This document shows, in pieces, positions 17,500 to 27,890 of a stretch of DNA of 64,000 nucleotides; the stretch's first letter is position 1, and the number at the start of each line of letters is the position of its first letter. The translations under genes were made by a program, and so were the position numbers. The stretch lies in contig CANRFV010000006.1 of the NCBI GenBank assembly GCA_947629985.1, forward strand, positions 29,119 to 93,118, given 5' to 3'. The DNA is from an uncultured Clostridia bacterium (GTDB lineage: Bacteria; Bacillota; Clostridia; Christensenellales; CAG-314). A model generated the notes under the pieces. It saw only the letters and a program-made list of their open reading frames with translations, had not been told where the DNA came from and did no database searches.

Positions 17500-18633
17500 C
17501 TATGCGTTGCCGCCGACCAACGTTTGCACTGCGCCCAGCAAAGCGTAGCACTCTTGTTTTGTGGTAATGCAGGATACCGACGCGCGCACAACGCCCTGTT
17601 GGGTAGTGCCGAGATAGCGGTGCATAAGCGGCGCGCATTGCAATCCGCCGCGTACGGCAATGCCGAATTTGTCCGCAAGCGCGTCGGCTACGGCGGCGCT
17701 GTCCGCTTTGCCTATGTTAAAGGCGACAATGCCGCTTTTGTTGGGCTGAGAGTAAACTTTTACGCCGCGTATTTGCGACAATCCGTCAAGCAACAATCGT
17801 TGCATTTGCGTAACGTTATCGCGGTTGCGCTGCCAATTGGCAAGCCACCAATCCACGCCCGCGCCCATTGCAAGTATTGCGGGGCAGGGCAACGTGCCCG
17901 ATTCCAGACAGTCGGGTACCGTGTCGGGTTGGTAATACATATGGCTTTCGGTGCCCGTTCCGCCGAAATTTATCGGGCGGGGAATAGCCCTGTGGTTGAA
18001 TATAAGCGCGCCCGCGCCCTGCATAGCGTGCAACCCCTTGTGCGCGCCTATCGCAACGGCGTCTACATAGCATTTGCCCATATCCATCGGCATATAGCCC
18101 ACGCTCTGCGCGCAATCCGCCAGCAAAATTATGTTTTTTGCGCGGCACAAACCGCCTATTGCCGCCAACGACTGCGCCGTACCCGTAACGTTGCTTGCAT
18201 GCGAAACGCACACAAGATAGGTGTCGGGGCGTATGTGCTGTTCTACCGTCTCCGCGGTAATTTGCCCGTTTTCGTCGGGACTGATTACGGTTACGTTTGC
18301 GTAGCCCTTGCGTTGAAGTTGCATTACGGGGCGCAATACCGAGTTGTGTTCGGTTACGGTTACTATTATGTGTCCGCGGCGCGCCGTACCCAATATGGCA
18401 AGGTTCAACGCAGCGGTGCAACCCGACGTAAAGGCAACGTGCATTTCACTGTCGTTATTAAAAAGCAAGTGCAGTTTTCGTCGCGTTTGGTACAGTTTTT
18501 GCTGCAATTCCAGCGCAAGTTTGTTGCCGCTTCGGTTGGGGTTGTACGGATACTTTGTAAGGCAGTCGTTTACGGCTCGGATAACTTCGGGCGGTTTGTA
18601 GTCGGTTGTGGCGGCGTTGTCAAGATATATCAT
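17500..18633 (-). CDS. class V aminotransferase-fold cysteine desulfurase family protein
   Basis: MIYLDNAATT N-terminus; SHASNVTG and GAHKGL (PLP-lysine context). Start trimmed to ATG 18633 behind GGAG. Confidence 0.8.
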   Translation of the reverse strand: MIYLDNAATTDYKPPEVIRAVNDCLTKYPYNPNRSGNKLALELQQKLYQTRRKLHLLFNNDSEMHVAFTSGCTAALNLAILGTARRGHIIVTVTEHNSVLRPVMQLQRKGYANVTVISPDENGQITAETVEQHIRPDTYLVCVSHASNVTGTAQSLAAIGGLCRAKNIILLADCAQSVGYMPMDMGKCYVDAVAIGAHKGLHAMQGAGALIFNHRAIPRPINFGGTGTESHMYYQPDTVPDCLESGTLPCPAILAMGAGVDWWLANWQRNRDNVTQMQRLLLDGLSQIRGVKVYSQPNKSGIVAFNIGKADSAAVADALADKFGIAVRGGLQCAPLMHRYLGTTQQGVVRASVSCITTKQECYALLGAVQTLVGGNA

Positions 18634-18790
18634 AATGTACTCCGATTCACGTTTTTTTGCAAAAATCAGTAATATATTGTACGGAAAATTATGCGCCGTA
18701 TGCCACACTTAAAGGCGCAATTGCGCGCGCAATTACATTTATTTACCGTATCTTACATATTTTGCTCGGCTTTTACATAAGGAGGTATGT

Positions 18791-19042
18791 ATGGATTACG
18801 TAATTGCAGTGTACCGTTCGCGCAATGTAAGCATGCGGGCATATAACTATCTTATCAGTCGCGGCGTTACGTGCGCGCTTGTGTCCACTCCGCGCGCGGC
18901 AAACGTGGGTTGCGGCTTGTCGGTAAAGTTTTCCCGCGCGGTTTTGCCTAAGTATGCCGACGTGCTGTCGTCCGCCGAAACGTTTGCGGGCTTTTTTGCC
19001 GTAACAAACTCCGACGGATATACCGCCGTTGTGCGTATGTGA
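18791..19042 (+). CDS. DUF3343-like small protein (putative S/Se carrier family)
   Basis: 83 aa behind AAGGAGG. The pattern ..AVYRSRN..M.A...L...G......TPR....GCGLSVKF fits DUF3343. Divergent from the desulfurase gene. Confidence 0.6.
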   Translation: MDYVIAVYRSRNVSMRAYNYLISRGVTCALVSTPRAANVGCGLSVKFSRAVLPKYADVLSSAETFAGFFAVTNSDGYTAVVRM

Positions 19043-19057
19043 AGTTGGCGCAAACTG

Positions 19058-19086
19058 TTGAAAAAATACTCGATATGCGTTATAAT
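19058..19086 (+). promoter_or_regulatory. sigma-A-type promoter of nth
   Basis: TTGAAA, 17-nt spacer, TATAAT. Confidence 0.6.
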
Positions 19087-19166
19087 TAAAAATACGGTTT
19101 GTTTGGTTCGGGCGCAGTTCGTCCGCACAAACACAGCGCACCGCGCATATTCGGAGGTACCGCCGC

Positions 19167-19811
19167 GTGGACAACACAAAAGAAATTTTGCAAATATTGG
19201 CGCATGATTTTCCCAATGCAAAGAGCGAACTTGTATTCGGTTCTCCCTTTGAATTGCTTGTTGCGGTGATACTGTCTGCGCAATGCACCGACAAACGCGT
19301 AAATACGGTAACGCCGCAACTTTTTGCCGCGGCTAATACGCCCCAAGCGATGGCAGATTTGCCGATAGAACAAATAGAAGAAATAATCAAACCTTGCGGA
19401 TTTTATCACAGCAAGGCGCAGTATATCAAACAGTCCGCCCAAGATATCGTACAGCGCTACGGCGGGCAGGTTCCCCGCGAGTTACAGCAGTTGCAAACGC
19501 TTAAAGGTGTGGGCAGAAAAACCGCAAACGTGGTATATGCGGTGGCTTTCGGCGGACAAGCCATAGCGGTGGACACGCATGTGTTTCGCGTGTCCAACAG
19601 GCTGGGTATAGCGCACGCAAACAACGTTTTGGATACGGAAAAACAACTTATGGCGGCAATTCCGCCCGAACAGTGGGCAGACAGCCATCATTACATATTG
19701 TTGCACGGCAGATACGTGTGCAAGGCGCAACGCCCCTTGTGCGGCGAATGCAGCGTGCGTAATTTGTGCAAGTATTATGCGGAGAATAACAAAAACGATG
19801 TGCGACAATAA
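19167..19811 (+). CDS. nth: endonuclease III
   Basis: HhH-GPD motif LKGVGRKTANVV. C-terminal 4Fe-4S ligands CKAQRPLCGECSVRNLC. GTG start behind GGAGG. Confidence 0.9.
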   Translation: MDNTKEILQILAHDFPNAKSELVFGSPFELLVAVILSAQCTDKRVNTVTPQLFAAANTPQAMADLPIEQIEEIIKPCGFYHSKAQYIKQSAQDIVQRYGGQVPRELQQLQTLKGVGRKTANVVYAVAFGGQAIAVDTHVFRVSNRLGIAHANNVLDTEKQLMAAIPPEQWADSHHYILLHGRYVCKAQRPLCGECSVRNLCKYYAENNKNDVRQ

Positions 19812-20961
19812 TTTTATTGCAAGCGAAAGCGTTCGCTGTCTCGGTTGCGCCAAGCCGTCGTGCCGAAACGGCTGTCCGATACATAACGATATTCCGTCGT
19901 TTATACGCGCCGTACAAAACGGCGATTACTCGGGCGCGGTAGATATTGTTGGGCACCCCTTCGGCGAAATATGCGGATACGTGTGTCCGCGCGAACTGCA
20001 CTGTACGGCGCATTGCGTGCTGTCGGCAAAGGGCGCGCCCGTGCAAACAGGCGAGTTGGAGCGCAATGTGTTTGCAATACAACCCTATTGCGTGCAACGT
20101 CGCGGCAACTTGCTCCACGGCAAAAATATCGCCGTGGTGGGAGGCGGCGTAAGCGGTATCACTTTTGCCGTAAAGGCGTACGAACAGGGCGCCGACGTAA
20201 CCGTTTACGAGCGCGACGGTTTACTGTCCACATTGCAACTTATTCCGAATTTCCGTTTGCCGCGTGTAGCGCTAAATCGCGTGCTGGACGGCATACAGGG
20301 CAAATTTAACGTTATCTACCGCAACGTAGACGGCGATACTCTGCCCAAACTGTTACAACAATACTGCGCGGTATATCTGGCAACGGGTCAGACGCGTATT
20401 CGCACGTTGGGAGTAAGCGGCGAACAATTCGCTCTGCCGCACAACAAATTTTTGACGGAGCGCGGAGAAATCTCGGGTAGCGTTGCGGTAATAGGCGGCG
20501 GCAATACTGCAATTGACTGCGCGCGCACGGCGCTTAAACGCGGTTGTAAAGCAACCGTTGTCTACCGCAGACAGCGCGCCGATATGCCCGCGTTCGACAG
20601 CGAAATAAATGCCGCTCTCGGCGAAGGCGCGGAGTTTTGCTTCAATGTTGCGCCCGTAAATATCGTTTGCGACGGCGACGGACTTGCTTTGACCGTGTGC
20701 CGTACGGTAAGCGACGGCAGAAACAGCCTTACGTTGACCGATCAAACGCACGTTATGCACTGCGATACGGTAGTTACGGCGTTGGGCGGCAGTTTCGATG
20801 CCGAAATATATTTGCAACTTACATTGGGCGACGACAAATACCACCCCGTCGGCAATTTGTATGCGGGCGGCGACGCAACGGGCGGCAGTCTTGTCGCGGA
20901 TGCCGTGCGCGACGCATTGCGCGCGTTTGACAATTTTACACATTCACTCGGAGAAAAATAG
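19798..20961 (+). CDS. GltD-like NAD(P)H-dependent FAD oxidoreductase (glutamate synthase small-subunit family)
   Basis: N-terminal Cys-rich Fe-S region (CLGCAKPSCRNGCP...CGYVCP). Two dinucleotide folds (VVGGGVSG, VIGGGNTAIDCA). Overlaps the nth 3' end by 14 nt. Confidence 0.75.
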   Translation: MCDNNFIASESVRCLGCAKPSCRNGCPIHNDIPSFIRAVQNGDYSGAVDIVGHPFGEICGYVCPRELHCTAHCVLSAKGAPVQTGELERNVFAIQPYCVQRRGNLLHGKNIAVVGGGVSGITFAVKAYEQGADVTVYERDGLLSTLQLIPNFRLPRVALNRVLDGIQGKFNVIYRNVDGDTLPKLLQQYCAVYLATGQTRIRTLGVSGEQFALPHNKFLTERGEISGSVAVIGGGNTAIDCARTALKRGCKATVVYRRQRADMPAFDSEINAALGEGAEFCFNVAPVNIVCDGDGLALTVCRTVSDGRNSLTLTDQTHVMHCDTVVTALGGSFDAEIYLQLTLGDDKYHPVGNLYAGGDATGGSLVADAVRDALRAFDNFTHSLGEK

Positions 20962-20967
20962 CGTAAT

Positions 20968-22230
20968 ATGTTTATCGACAAAGTAAAAATTTTCATCAAG
21001 GCGGGCGACGGCGGCAACGGCTCGGCAAGTTTGCACGCCGAAAAATACGTTCCCAACGGCGGACCTGACGGCGGCGACGGCGGAAAGGGCGGCGACGTGA
21101 TATTTGTGGCTACTTCCGCGGAAAACACGCTTAACGAATTTCACTATCAAAAGCATTTTCGCGCGGGCAACGGCGGCAACGGCGGCAGTAAAAATTGCTA
21201 CGGCAAAAAGGGCGCCGATATCATAGTAAAAGTGCCCGTAGGCACAGTAATAAAAAATATCGACGGCGAGATCATCGCGGATATGTTTCAAGACGGTCAG
21301 CAACAGGTAATTTTGTCGGGCGGACGCGGCGGGCGTGGCAATTATCACTTCAAAACTTCGCGCAGACAGTCGCCTTCGTTTGCCGAACACGGCGTAAAAA
21401 CGCAGGAATACGAAGTTGTTTTGGAACTTAAAACCATTGCAGACGTGGGCTTGGTGGGCTTTCCCAACGTGGGCAAAAGCACGCTGCTGTCCGTAGTGTC
21501 GCAAGCCAAACCCAAAATTGCAAATTATCACTTTACAACGCTCAGTCCCAACTTGGGTGTGGTAAATTATTACGATAACACATTCGTAATGGCGGATATT
21601 CCCGGACTTATCGAGGGCGCAAGCGAAGGCGCGGGGCTGGGGCACAGTTTTTTGCGGCACATAGAGCGCACGCGTCTGTTGGTACACGTACTTGACATTT
21701 CGGGCAGCGAACAACGCGATCCGTTGCAAGATTTCGAACTCATCAACAACGAAATTTACAGTTACGACGCGGCGTTGAAACGTTTGCCTATGATAGTTGT
21801 CGCCAACAAAATGGACATGCCCTGCGCCGAAGAAAATTTGCGCCGCTTTACGGACAAATACGGCGACAAATATACTATCGTGCCGATGACGACCATCATT
21901 CACGAAGGCGTAAATCAACTTATTGCGGAAATTGCGCGTCAACTTGCCGAGTTGCCGCCGTTACAGCCGTTGGAGTTTACTCCCGTTGCGCTGGAACAAC
22001 AGCACAGCGACGACTTTGCCGTGGAAATATTGGAGCCCGACGTGTTCGAAGTGGTGGGCGGCTTGGTCGAAACGCTGTCGCGCAAAATCAATCTGGACGA
22101 TTACGACAGTTTCGGATATTTTCAACGCGTACTCAAAGAGCGCGGCGTAATAAGCGAACTGCGCAAGGCGGGCGCGCACGACGGCAGTACGGTAATAGTG
22201 GGCGACGTCGAATTCGACTTTGTGGATTAA
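20968..22230 (+). CDS. obg: GTPase Obg/CgtA
   Basis: MFIDKVKIFIKAGDGGNG Gly-rich Obg fold; GFPNVGKST P-loop; C-terminal Obg-CT extension. Confidence 0.95.
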   Translation: MFIDKVKIFIKAGDGGNGSASLHAEKYVPNGGPDGGDGGKGGDVIFVATSAENTLNEFHYQKHFRAGNGGNGGSKNCYGKKGADIIVKVPVGTVIKNIDGEIIADMFQDGQQQVILSGGRGGRGNYHFKTSRRQSPSFAEHGVKTQEYEVVLELKTIADVGLVGFPNVGKSTLLSVVSQAKPKIANYHFTTLSPNLGVVNYYDNTFVMADIPGLIEGASEGAGLGHSFLRHIERTRLLVHVLDISGSEQRDPLQDFELINNEIYSYDAALKRLPMIVVANKMDMPCAEENLRRFTDKYGDKYTIVPMTTIIHEGVNQLIAEIARQLAELPPLQPLEFTPVALEQQHSDDFAVEILEPDVFEVVGGLVETLSRKINLDDYDSFGYFQRVLKERGVISELRKAGAHDGSTVIVGDVEFDFVD

Positions 22231-22341
22231 CTTGCGCTTGCAATTGCCTTTTTGCCGCAAAATTGTGCGTTTTTACGCGCATTTCGGCAATATATATGCT
22301 CGCCGCTGCGGCGGTTAGCGGTAAAATAAGGAAAAATAATT

Positions 22342-22638
22342 ATGATTACTACCAAACAAAGAAGCAAACTCAAATCGATGTCCAACACGCTGCGCCCCGC
22401 GGTAAACATAGGCAAGGGCGAACTTACCGACAACGTGCTGAACGAAATAGCCACCGCGCTGTATCATCGCGAACTCATCAAAGTTGCCGCGCTTAAAAGT
22501 TGCGACACTCCCGCACGCGAGTTGTGCGCCGAAGTGTGCGCCGCGCTGGATTGTCAATCCGTGCTGTGCGTGGGCAACCGTTTTGTGGTGTACAAACGCA
22601 GCGACAAGGACGGAATAGAGCATATCGACATAGATTGA
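22342..22638 (+). CDS. yhbY: ribosome-assembly RNA-binding protein YhbY (CRM domain)
   Basis: 98 aa. LT.KQR..LK......P.V.IGK.G....V..I...L..HELIKV pattern. Confidence 0.85.
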   Translation: MITTKQRSKLKSMSNTLRPAVNIGKGELTDNVLNEIATALYHRELIKVAALKSCDTPARELCAEVCAALDCQSVLCVGNRFVVYKRSDKDGIEHIDID

Positions 22639-22702
22639 CGGGCAATGCGTTGGTTGCAGGCAGTTGTTTGGCGCATTTTGCCCGACTGTCGGGAGTAAAG
22701 TT

Positions 22703-23221
22703 ATGAAAATTGCGGTTTTTGCCGATTTTCACGGCAGTACGGCGGCGCTGCAAACCGCCGCGGAAATATGTAAGCGGGAACGACCCGACAAAACCGTTAT
22801 CTGCGGAGATCTGTTCGGGTGGAGTTCTTCGCCCGTTGCCGTTGCCGAACTGCTGAGCAAGTTGGACGGCGTACTGTATTTGGTGCGGGGCAACAACGAC
22901 TACGTTTCGGCGCAGGACTGTTTGCCCGTAATTATGGAACGCGAGTGCATTATGTATCACTTCGGGCGCACGCTGTTTTTTACGCACGGCGACCGCTACG
23001 ACGGCTTGCGCGTGCCGCCCATCTTGCGCCAAGGCGACGCGCTTGTGTACGGACATACCCACGCGGGCAGACTGTGCAAGTACAACGGAATTTTTGCGCT
23101 AAACGTCGGTTCGCTTGCCCGACCGCGCAACGGATTGGCAAGTTATTTGATTTTGGACGAAACGGGTTCTGTTCTCAAACAGCCCGACGGCGCGCAACTT
23201 GCAAGTCTCGCTTGGGATTGA
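22703..23221 (+). CDS. YfcE/MJ0936-type metallophosphoesterase
   Basis: MKIAVFADFHG, CGDLFG, RGNNDY, FTHGD and YGHTH motifs. Start trimmed to ATG 22703. Confidence 0.8.
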   Translation: MKIAVFADFHGSTAALQTAAEICKRERPDKTVICGDLFGWSSSPVAVAELLSKLDGVLYLVRGNNDYVSAQDCLPVIMERECIMYHFGRTLFFTHGDRYDGLRVPPILRQGDALVYGHTHAGRLCKYNGIFALNVGSLARPRNGLASYLILDETGSVLKQPDGAQLASLAWD

Positions 23222-23506
23222 CTGCGTTCTGCTTAAAAAAACGCTTTTGCCGCAACAACTGCAAGCGCATAGGGCGCGCGTAGCATATCGACCCGACGTC
23301 GGAGTGTCCAAACGGCAATTTGTCCGAAAGATTTACCGTTTTGTAAAATTTCCGTATACATAACGCTCTTTTATGGTAAGATGCCGGTAGTTCATATAAA
23401 TATCCTGCGTGTAATTGTTTTGTTCCAACTACCATTATATCGGAGATTTGTATGAACTTTTTTTTTCTTCGCGTGTTGCACTTGAAAGTATAATTCACCA
23501 CCGTAA

Positions 23507-23545
23507 CAAAACGGGTTCGGTATTGTAACCGAACCCGTTTTTTAT
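23507..23545. terminator. bidirectional terminator downstream of typA and the phosphoesterase gene
   Basis: AAAACGGGTTCGG-TATTGTAA-CCGAACCCGTTTTTT. Confidence 0.8.
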
Positions 23546-23598
23546 GTTGTCGTTTGTTTTGGCAGTTATGCGCAAATTCGCCAAACTAATTTTGCCCG

Positions 23599-25425
23599 CT
23601 ATTTGTTTTTGTTGTTTTTTGCCCATATGCGCATACGTTCGGCGTGATCCAATACCTGTTTGCGCAATCTGATGGAAGTGGGGGTAACTTCCACAAGTTC
23701 GTCGTCGCCGATAAATTCCAGACACTGTTCCAAACTAAGCACGGTGGGAGTGGTAAGTTTAAGCGCTTCTTCCGAGCCGCTTGCACGGTTGTTGGTAAGG
23801 TGTTTGGTTTTGCACACGTTTACGGTAATGTCGTCCTCGCGGCTGTTTTCGCCGACGATCATTCCCGCGTAGACGGGCAAGCCCACGTCAACAAACAGAC
23901 GGCAGCGTTCCTGCGCGTTGAACAGCCCGTAAGCGGTGGTAACGCCGTCCTCCCAGCACACCAAACTGCCGCGCGTGCGCTCGGTAACTTCGCCTTTGTA
24001 AGGTTCGTAACCGTCAAGCACGCTGCTCATAACGCCGAATCCCTTGGTATCGGTAAGCAGTTCGCTGCGGTAGCCGAACAACGCGCGCGACGGAATACGA
24101 AATTCCAACTTGGTGCCGCCCTGATTGTCGGGCGACATATTTATAAGTTCCGCTTTGCGCGCGCCGAGTTTGTTCATTACGTTGCCTACGTACGCTTCGG
24201 GCACTTCTACTACAAGGTATTCTATCGGTTCGCACTTTACGCCGTTTATTTGCTTAAAAATTACCTTGGGGCGCGATACCTGAAATTCGTACCCTTCGCG
24301 GCGCATATTTTCGATAAGTATGCTAAGGTGCAGTTCGCCCCTGCCGTAAACCTTAAAGCAATCGGGGCTGTCGGTTTCTTCCACGCGCATAGATACGTTG
24401 GTTTCCACTTCGCGGAACAGGCGCGCGCGCAGGTGGCGGCTGGTTACGTACTTGCCTTCCTTGCCTGCAAAGGGACTGTCGTTTACCATAAACAGCATCG
24501 ATACGGTAGGCTCGTCTATATTTACAAACGGCAGCGGTTCTACCTTGTCGATGGAGCAGATAGTCTCGCCTATGTTCATATCGGCAATGCCGTTTACCGC
24601 AACGATGTCGCCCATGCTGCCTTCGGCGCACTCTACGCGTTTAAGCCCTTCAAATTGATACAGCCGCGTAACCTTTGCGGTGTTGAAACTGTTGTTGCGG
24701 TGGCACAAAATTACGGGCTGTCCCACGGTGATTTTGCCGCGGTTTACTTTGCCTATGCCTATGCGCCCCACGTAGTCGTCGTAATCGATGTTGCAAATAA
24801 GCAGTTGCAAACCGTTGTCTGTTTCGCCTTGCGGCGCGGGAATTTCGGTAAGTATTGCGTCCAACAGCGGCGTCATATCCTTACCTACGGTGTTTACCGA
24901 TGTGGAAGCCCAACCCTGTTTTGCCGACGCGAAAATAACTTTGAAGTCGAATTGATCGTCGTTTGCGCCCAATTCCATAAACAGTTCCATTATTTGTTCG
25001 CGCAGGGCATGCTCGTCAAATTCGCCCTTGTCCACTTTGTTTACCACAACAAGCGCTTTTTTGCCCAAACCGAGAGCCTTTTTCAGTACGTAACGCGTTT
25101 GCGGCATACAGCCTTCTATTGCGTCTACAAGCAACAGCACGCCGTCCACCATAGACAGTATGCGTTCCACTTCGCCGCCGAAATCGGCATGCCCCGGGGT
25201 GTCGATTATGTTTATTTTCGTGCCTTTGTAGTGTACTGCGGTGTTTTTGGCAAGAATGGTTATTCCGCGTTCGCGCTCGATGTCGTTGCTGTCCATCACG
25301 CGCTCCACAACCGTCTCGTTGGCGCGGAATATTCCGTTTTGCTTTAACAGTTGGTCAACCAGCGTGGTTTTGCCGTGGTCTACGTGGGCAATTATCGCAA
25401 TGTTTCTTATGTCGTTTCTTTGCAT
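23599..25425 (-). CDS. typA: translational GTPase TypA/BipA
   Basis: [25 protein letters not shown] and NKVD motifs; 608 aa. Start trimmed to ATG 25425 behind GGAGAA. Confidence 0.95.
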   Translation of the reverse strand: MQRNDIRNIAIIAHVDHGKTTLVDQLLKQNGIFRANETVVERVMDSNDIERERGITILAKNTAVHYKGTKINIIDTPGHADFGGEVERILSMVDGVLLLVDAIEGCMPQTRYVLKKALGLGKKALVVVNKVDKGEFDEHALREQIMELFMELGANDDQFDFKVIFASAKQGWASTSVNTVGKDMTPLLDAILTEIPAPQGETDNGLQLLICNIDYDDYVGRIGIGKVNRGKITVGQPVILCHRNNSFNTAKVTRLYQFEGLKRVECAEGSMGDIVAVNGIADMNIGETICSIDKVEPLPFVNIDEPTVSMLFMVNDSPFAGKEGKYVTSRHLRARLFREVETNVSMRVEETDSPDCFKVYGRGELHLSILIENMRREGYEFQVSRPKVIFKQINGVKCEPIEYLVVEVPEAYVGNVMNKLGARKAELINMSPDNQGGTKLEFRIPSRALFGYRSELLTDTKGFGVMSSVLDGYEPYKGEVTERTRGSLVCWEDGVTTAYGLFNAQERCRLFVDVGLPVYAGMIVGENSREDDITVNVCKTKHLTNNRASGSEEALKLTTPTVLSLEQCLEFIGDDELVEVTPTSIRLRKQVLDHAERMRIWAKNNKNK

Positions 25426-25880
25426 ATTTTCTCCGTGCTTATGCGTAAGATTTCCGTTGCGCAATGCGGCGTTTAAGAGTAAATACGGCTTGCCGCAACG
25501 GTTTTTACTTTGAAATTATACAACTATCGCCGATTGCCGTCAAACAAATTGAGCGTATATATATTTTTATATACTTATATACCCAACCGAAAATATACTT
25601 CCGATTATTTGCGGCACACGCGCAGGCGCAACCGTGCAATTCGTGCGGCAAACTGTTTTCCTGCCGAGAGAGCGTTTTTTGCGCACGCGCAGACACAACC
25701 TTATACCCATCATCTTTGCGATCGACGCAACAACGACCGTTTAACGTGCGCGCGTAGGCGCAACGTCGTGCGCCACGTGGATTTACCCCACCGCACATCA
25801 TCGTTCCCTGCCCGCGCGGGCGCAAGTTTCACTTTTTGGTATATGTCGGCATATACTGATTTCGTATAGGAGCGAATGTA

Positions 25881-27659
25881 ATGTGCGGAATATTCGGTAT
25901 GTTGGGCGGCGGCTCGGTGGGGCGTACCGTCGAAGCGTTGCGGTATCTTGAATATCGCGGGTACGATTCGGCAGGGATAGCGGCAAGCGTCAATGGCAAG
26001 TTGCGCGTTTACAAGTCTGTCGGGCGAATTGACAGGTTGCAGTCGGTAATTCCGCCCGACTTGGACAGCGACCGCACGATAGGACACACCCGATGGGCAA
26101 CTCACGGCGCGGTAAGTTACGACAACGCGCACCCGTTTGTGTCGTCGGACAATTCGTTTGCGGTGGTACACAACGGAATAATAGAAAATTATCTCGCGTT
26201 GAAAAAACAGTTGTCGTTGCGCGGCACGGTATTTACGTCGCAAACCGACAGCGAAACCGTAGCCCACGTGTTGCAACATCACTACAAAACCGACGTTTTG
26301 CAAGCGGTAATAGCAACCGCAAACTGCCTTGCGGGCGCATACGCGATAGTAATATCCACCACGCACGACGGCAACCTGTACGCAATTAAGGACAAAAGTC
26401 CGCTTGTGGTGGGGTTGTCGGACGACGGCGTGTATTTGTGTTCGGACGTGCGGTGCGTATCGCGCTGGGCAAGCAAAGTTGCGGTGGTGCCGGACAAAAC
26501 CGTAATTGCGGTTTCGGCAAACGGCGTGGAGTTTTACGATTACGACGGCAAGCGCGTAACGATGCAATATTTCGACGCGGAACGCTCCGAAACCGAAACC
26601 GATACTTGCGGCGACTTTATGTTGAAAGAAATTTCCGAAATTCCCGACCGACTGCGTCAAGTTACCAGCGGTTACTATGCGGACGGCGGCTTGGGTATGC
26701 CGCGCGAACTTGCGTTGCAATTGCGGCGCATATATATGATAGGTTGCGGAACGGCATACAACAGCGGTTTGCACGCGGCGTCGGTTGCGCGCGCCTTTTC
26801 GGATGTGGACATTATTCCCGTAATTGCAAGCGAATATATTTACGGGCACTATCCCACCGACGCGGGCACGTTGGCAATACTGATCAGCCAAAGCGGCGAA
26901 ACCGCCGATACCATACGCGCCGCCGAAAAAGTTGCCGCGCAGGGCGGGATAACCTACGCCGTAACTAATACCAAATCGTCGTCGCTGTGTTTTAAGTGCC
27001 GTTGCGTCAATTATATTTACGCCGGCGGCGAATTTGCCGTGGCAAGCACCAAAGCGTACAATTGCCAATTGGTTACATTGTTGCTTATTTTGGCAGATAT
27101 TGCGCGTTTGCGCGGCACACTCGACTCGGCGCGCCATCAACGTCTGCTCGACAGCGTAAAAGCGCTTCCCGAATCGGCGGAACGCGCGCTTGCCGACTCG
27201 GCGCGGATAAAACGCCTTGCCCTGCAAATAAAGGACAGTTCGGCGGTATTTTACATAGGCAGAGTAAACGATTATTCCACCGCCTGCGAAGGCTCGCTTA
27301 AACTGAAAGAAATAAGTTACATTCATTCCGAAGCCTATCCCGCGGGCGAACTGAAACACGGCACTTTGGCGCTGATGGAACGCGGCGTTACTGTAATTGC
27401 AATTTGCACGGAGCCTGCTCTCAAACAAAAAATCGCCGCCTCCGTAAGCGAAATTACCGCGCGCGGCGCACGGGTAATAACCGTCGCTCCGTTTACCATC
27501 GACGGCTGCGACGGAATTATTTTGCCGCAATGCGACGCGTCTGTCGGCGGAGTTATAGCCGTTATTCCCTTGCAACTGCTGGCATATTACGCGGCAAAGG
27601 CGCTAAACCGCGACGTGGACAAACCGCGCAATCTTGCAAAATCGGTTACAGTAGAATAG
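25881..27659 (+). CDS. glmS: glutamine--fructose-6-phosphate aminotransferase
   Basis: MCGIFG N-terminal nucleophile; two SIS domains; C-terminal ...KPRNLAKSVTVE. Confidence 0.95.
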   Translation: MCGIFGMLGGGSVGRTVEALRYLEYRGYDSAGIAASVNGKLRVYKSVGRIDRLQSVIPPDLDSDRTIGHTRWATHGAVSYDNAHPFVSSDNSFAVVHNGIIENYLALKKQLSLRGTVFTSQTDSETVAHVLQHHYKTDVLQAVIATANCLAGAYAIVISTTHDGNLYAIKDKSPLVVGLSDDGVYLCSDVRCVSRWASKVAVVPDKTVIAVSANGVEFYDYDGKRVTMQYFDAERSETETDTCGDFMLKEISEIPDRLRQVTSGYYADGGLGMPRELALQLRRIYMIGCGTAYNSGLHAASVARAFSDVDIIPVIASEYIYGHYPTDAGTLAILISQSGETADTIRAAEKVAAQGGITYAVTNTKSSSLCFKCRCVNYIYAGGEFAVASTKAYNCQLVTLLLILADIARLRGTLDSARHQRLLDSVKALPESAERALADSARIKRLALQIKDSSAVFYIGRVNDYSTACEGSLKLKEISYIHSEAYPAGELKHGTLALMERGVTVIAICTEPALKQKIAASVSEITARGARVITVAPFTIDGCDGIILPQCDASVGGVIAVIPLQLLAYYAAKALNRDVDKPRNLAKSVTVE

Positions 27660-27855
27660 CGCTCGCATACCGCGCCGAAAACGGCTTTGCCGCGCGCACA
27701 TACGTGCGCTTGTTGCATATTGTTTTGCGGCGCGATATGCTCTCTTGGCGGGGGAGATTTGACAAGGAAGGGTAACTTCGTTTGATCTAAGCCGTCGTCA
27801 AATTGTTTACAACATACACGTTACAACAAATTGCGCAAAAACATCGCGCTTTTGT

Positions 27856-27884
27856 TTGACAAAATTCCCGAAATACGTTACTAT
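27856..27884 (+). promoter_or_regulatory. sigma-A-type promoter of an orphan short transcription unit
   Basis: TTGACA, 17-nt spacer, TACTAT. Confidence 0.6.
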
Positions 27885-27890
27885 ATTCGT

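Noticed and set aside
23452-23493. 13-codon Phe-rich mini-ORF (MNFFFLRVLHLKV) behind GGAG and followed by a terminator, reminiscent of a leader peptide
   Set aside because: There is no downstream gene on that strand to attenuate. The hairpin is the shared terminator of the convergent typA and phosphoesterase genes.
25426-25880. Expected a glmS ribozyme in the 455-nt leader region upstream of glmS, as in many Firmicutes
   Set aside because: I could not find the conserved core words I remember for the ribozyme (AGCGCC cleavage-site helix, GACGAGG/CGGAGG-type core). A cmsearch with RF00234 would be decisive. A hit above threshold would overturn this rejection.
25710-27575. 621-aa minus-strand ORF. 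Similar long antisense ORFs lie at 1221-2780, 20944-21942, 23644-25347, 41583-43106, 44570-46417 and 46780-48150.
   Set aside because: Each is antisense to a gene with unmistakable family motifs (glmS, pepF, obg, typA, potA, potD, GH20). Each has a low-complexity Arg/Val/Phe-rich translation. These are typical shadow frames of the coding strand.
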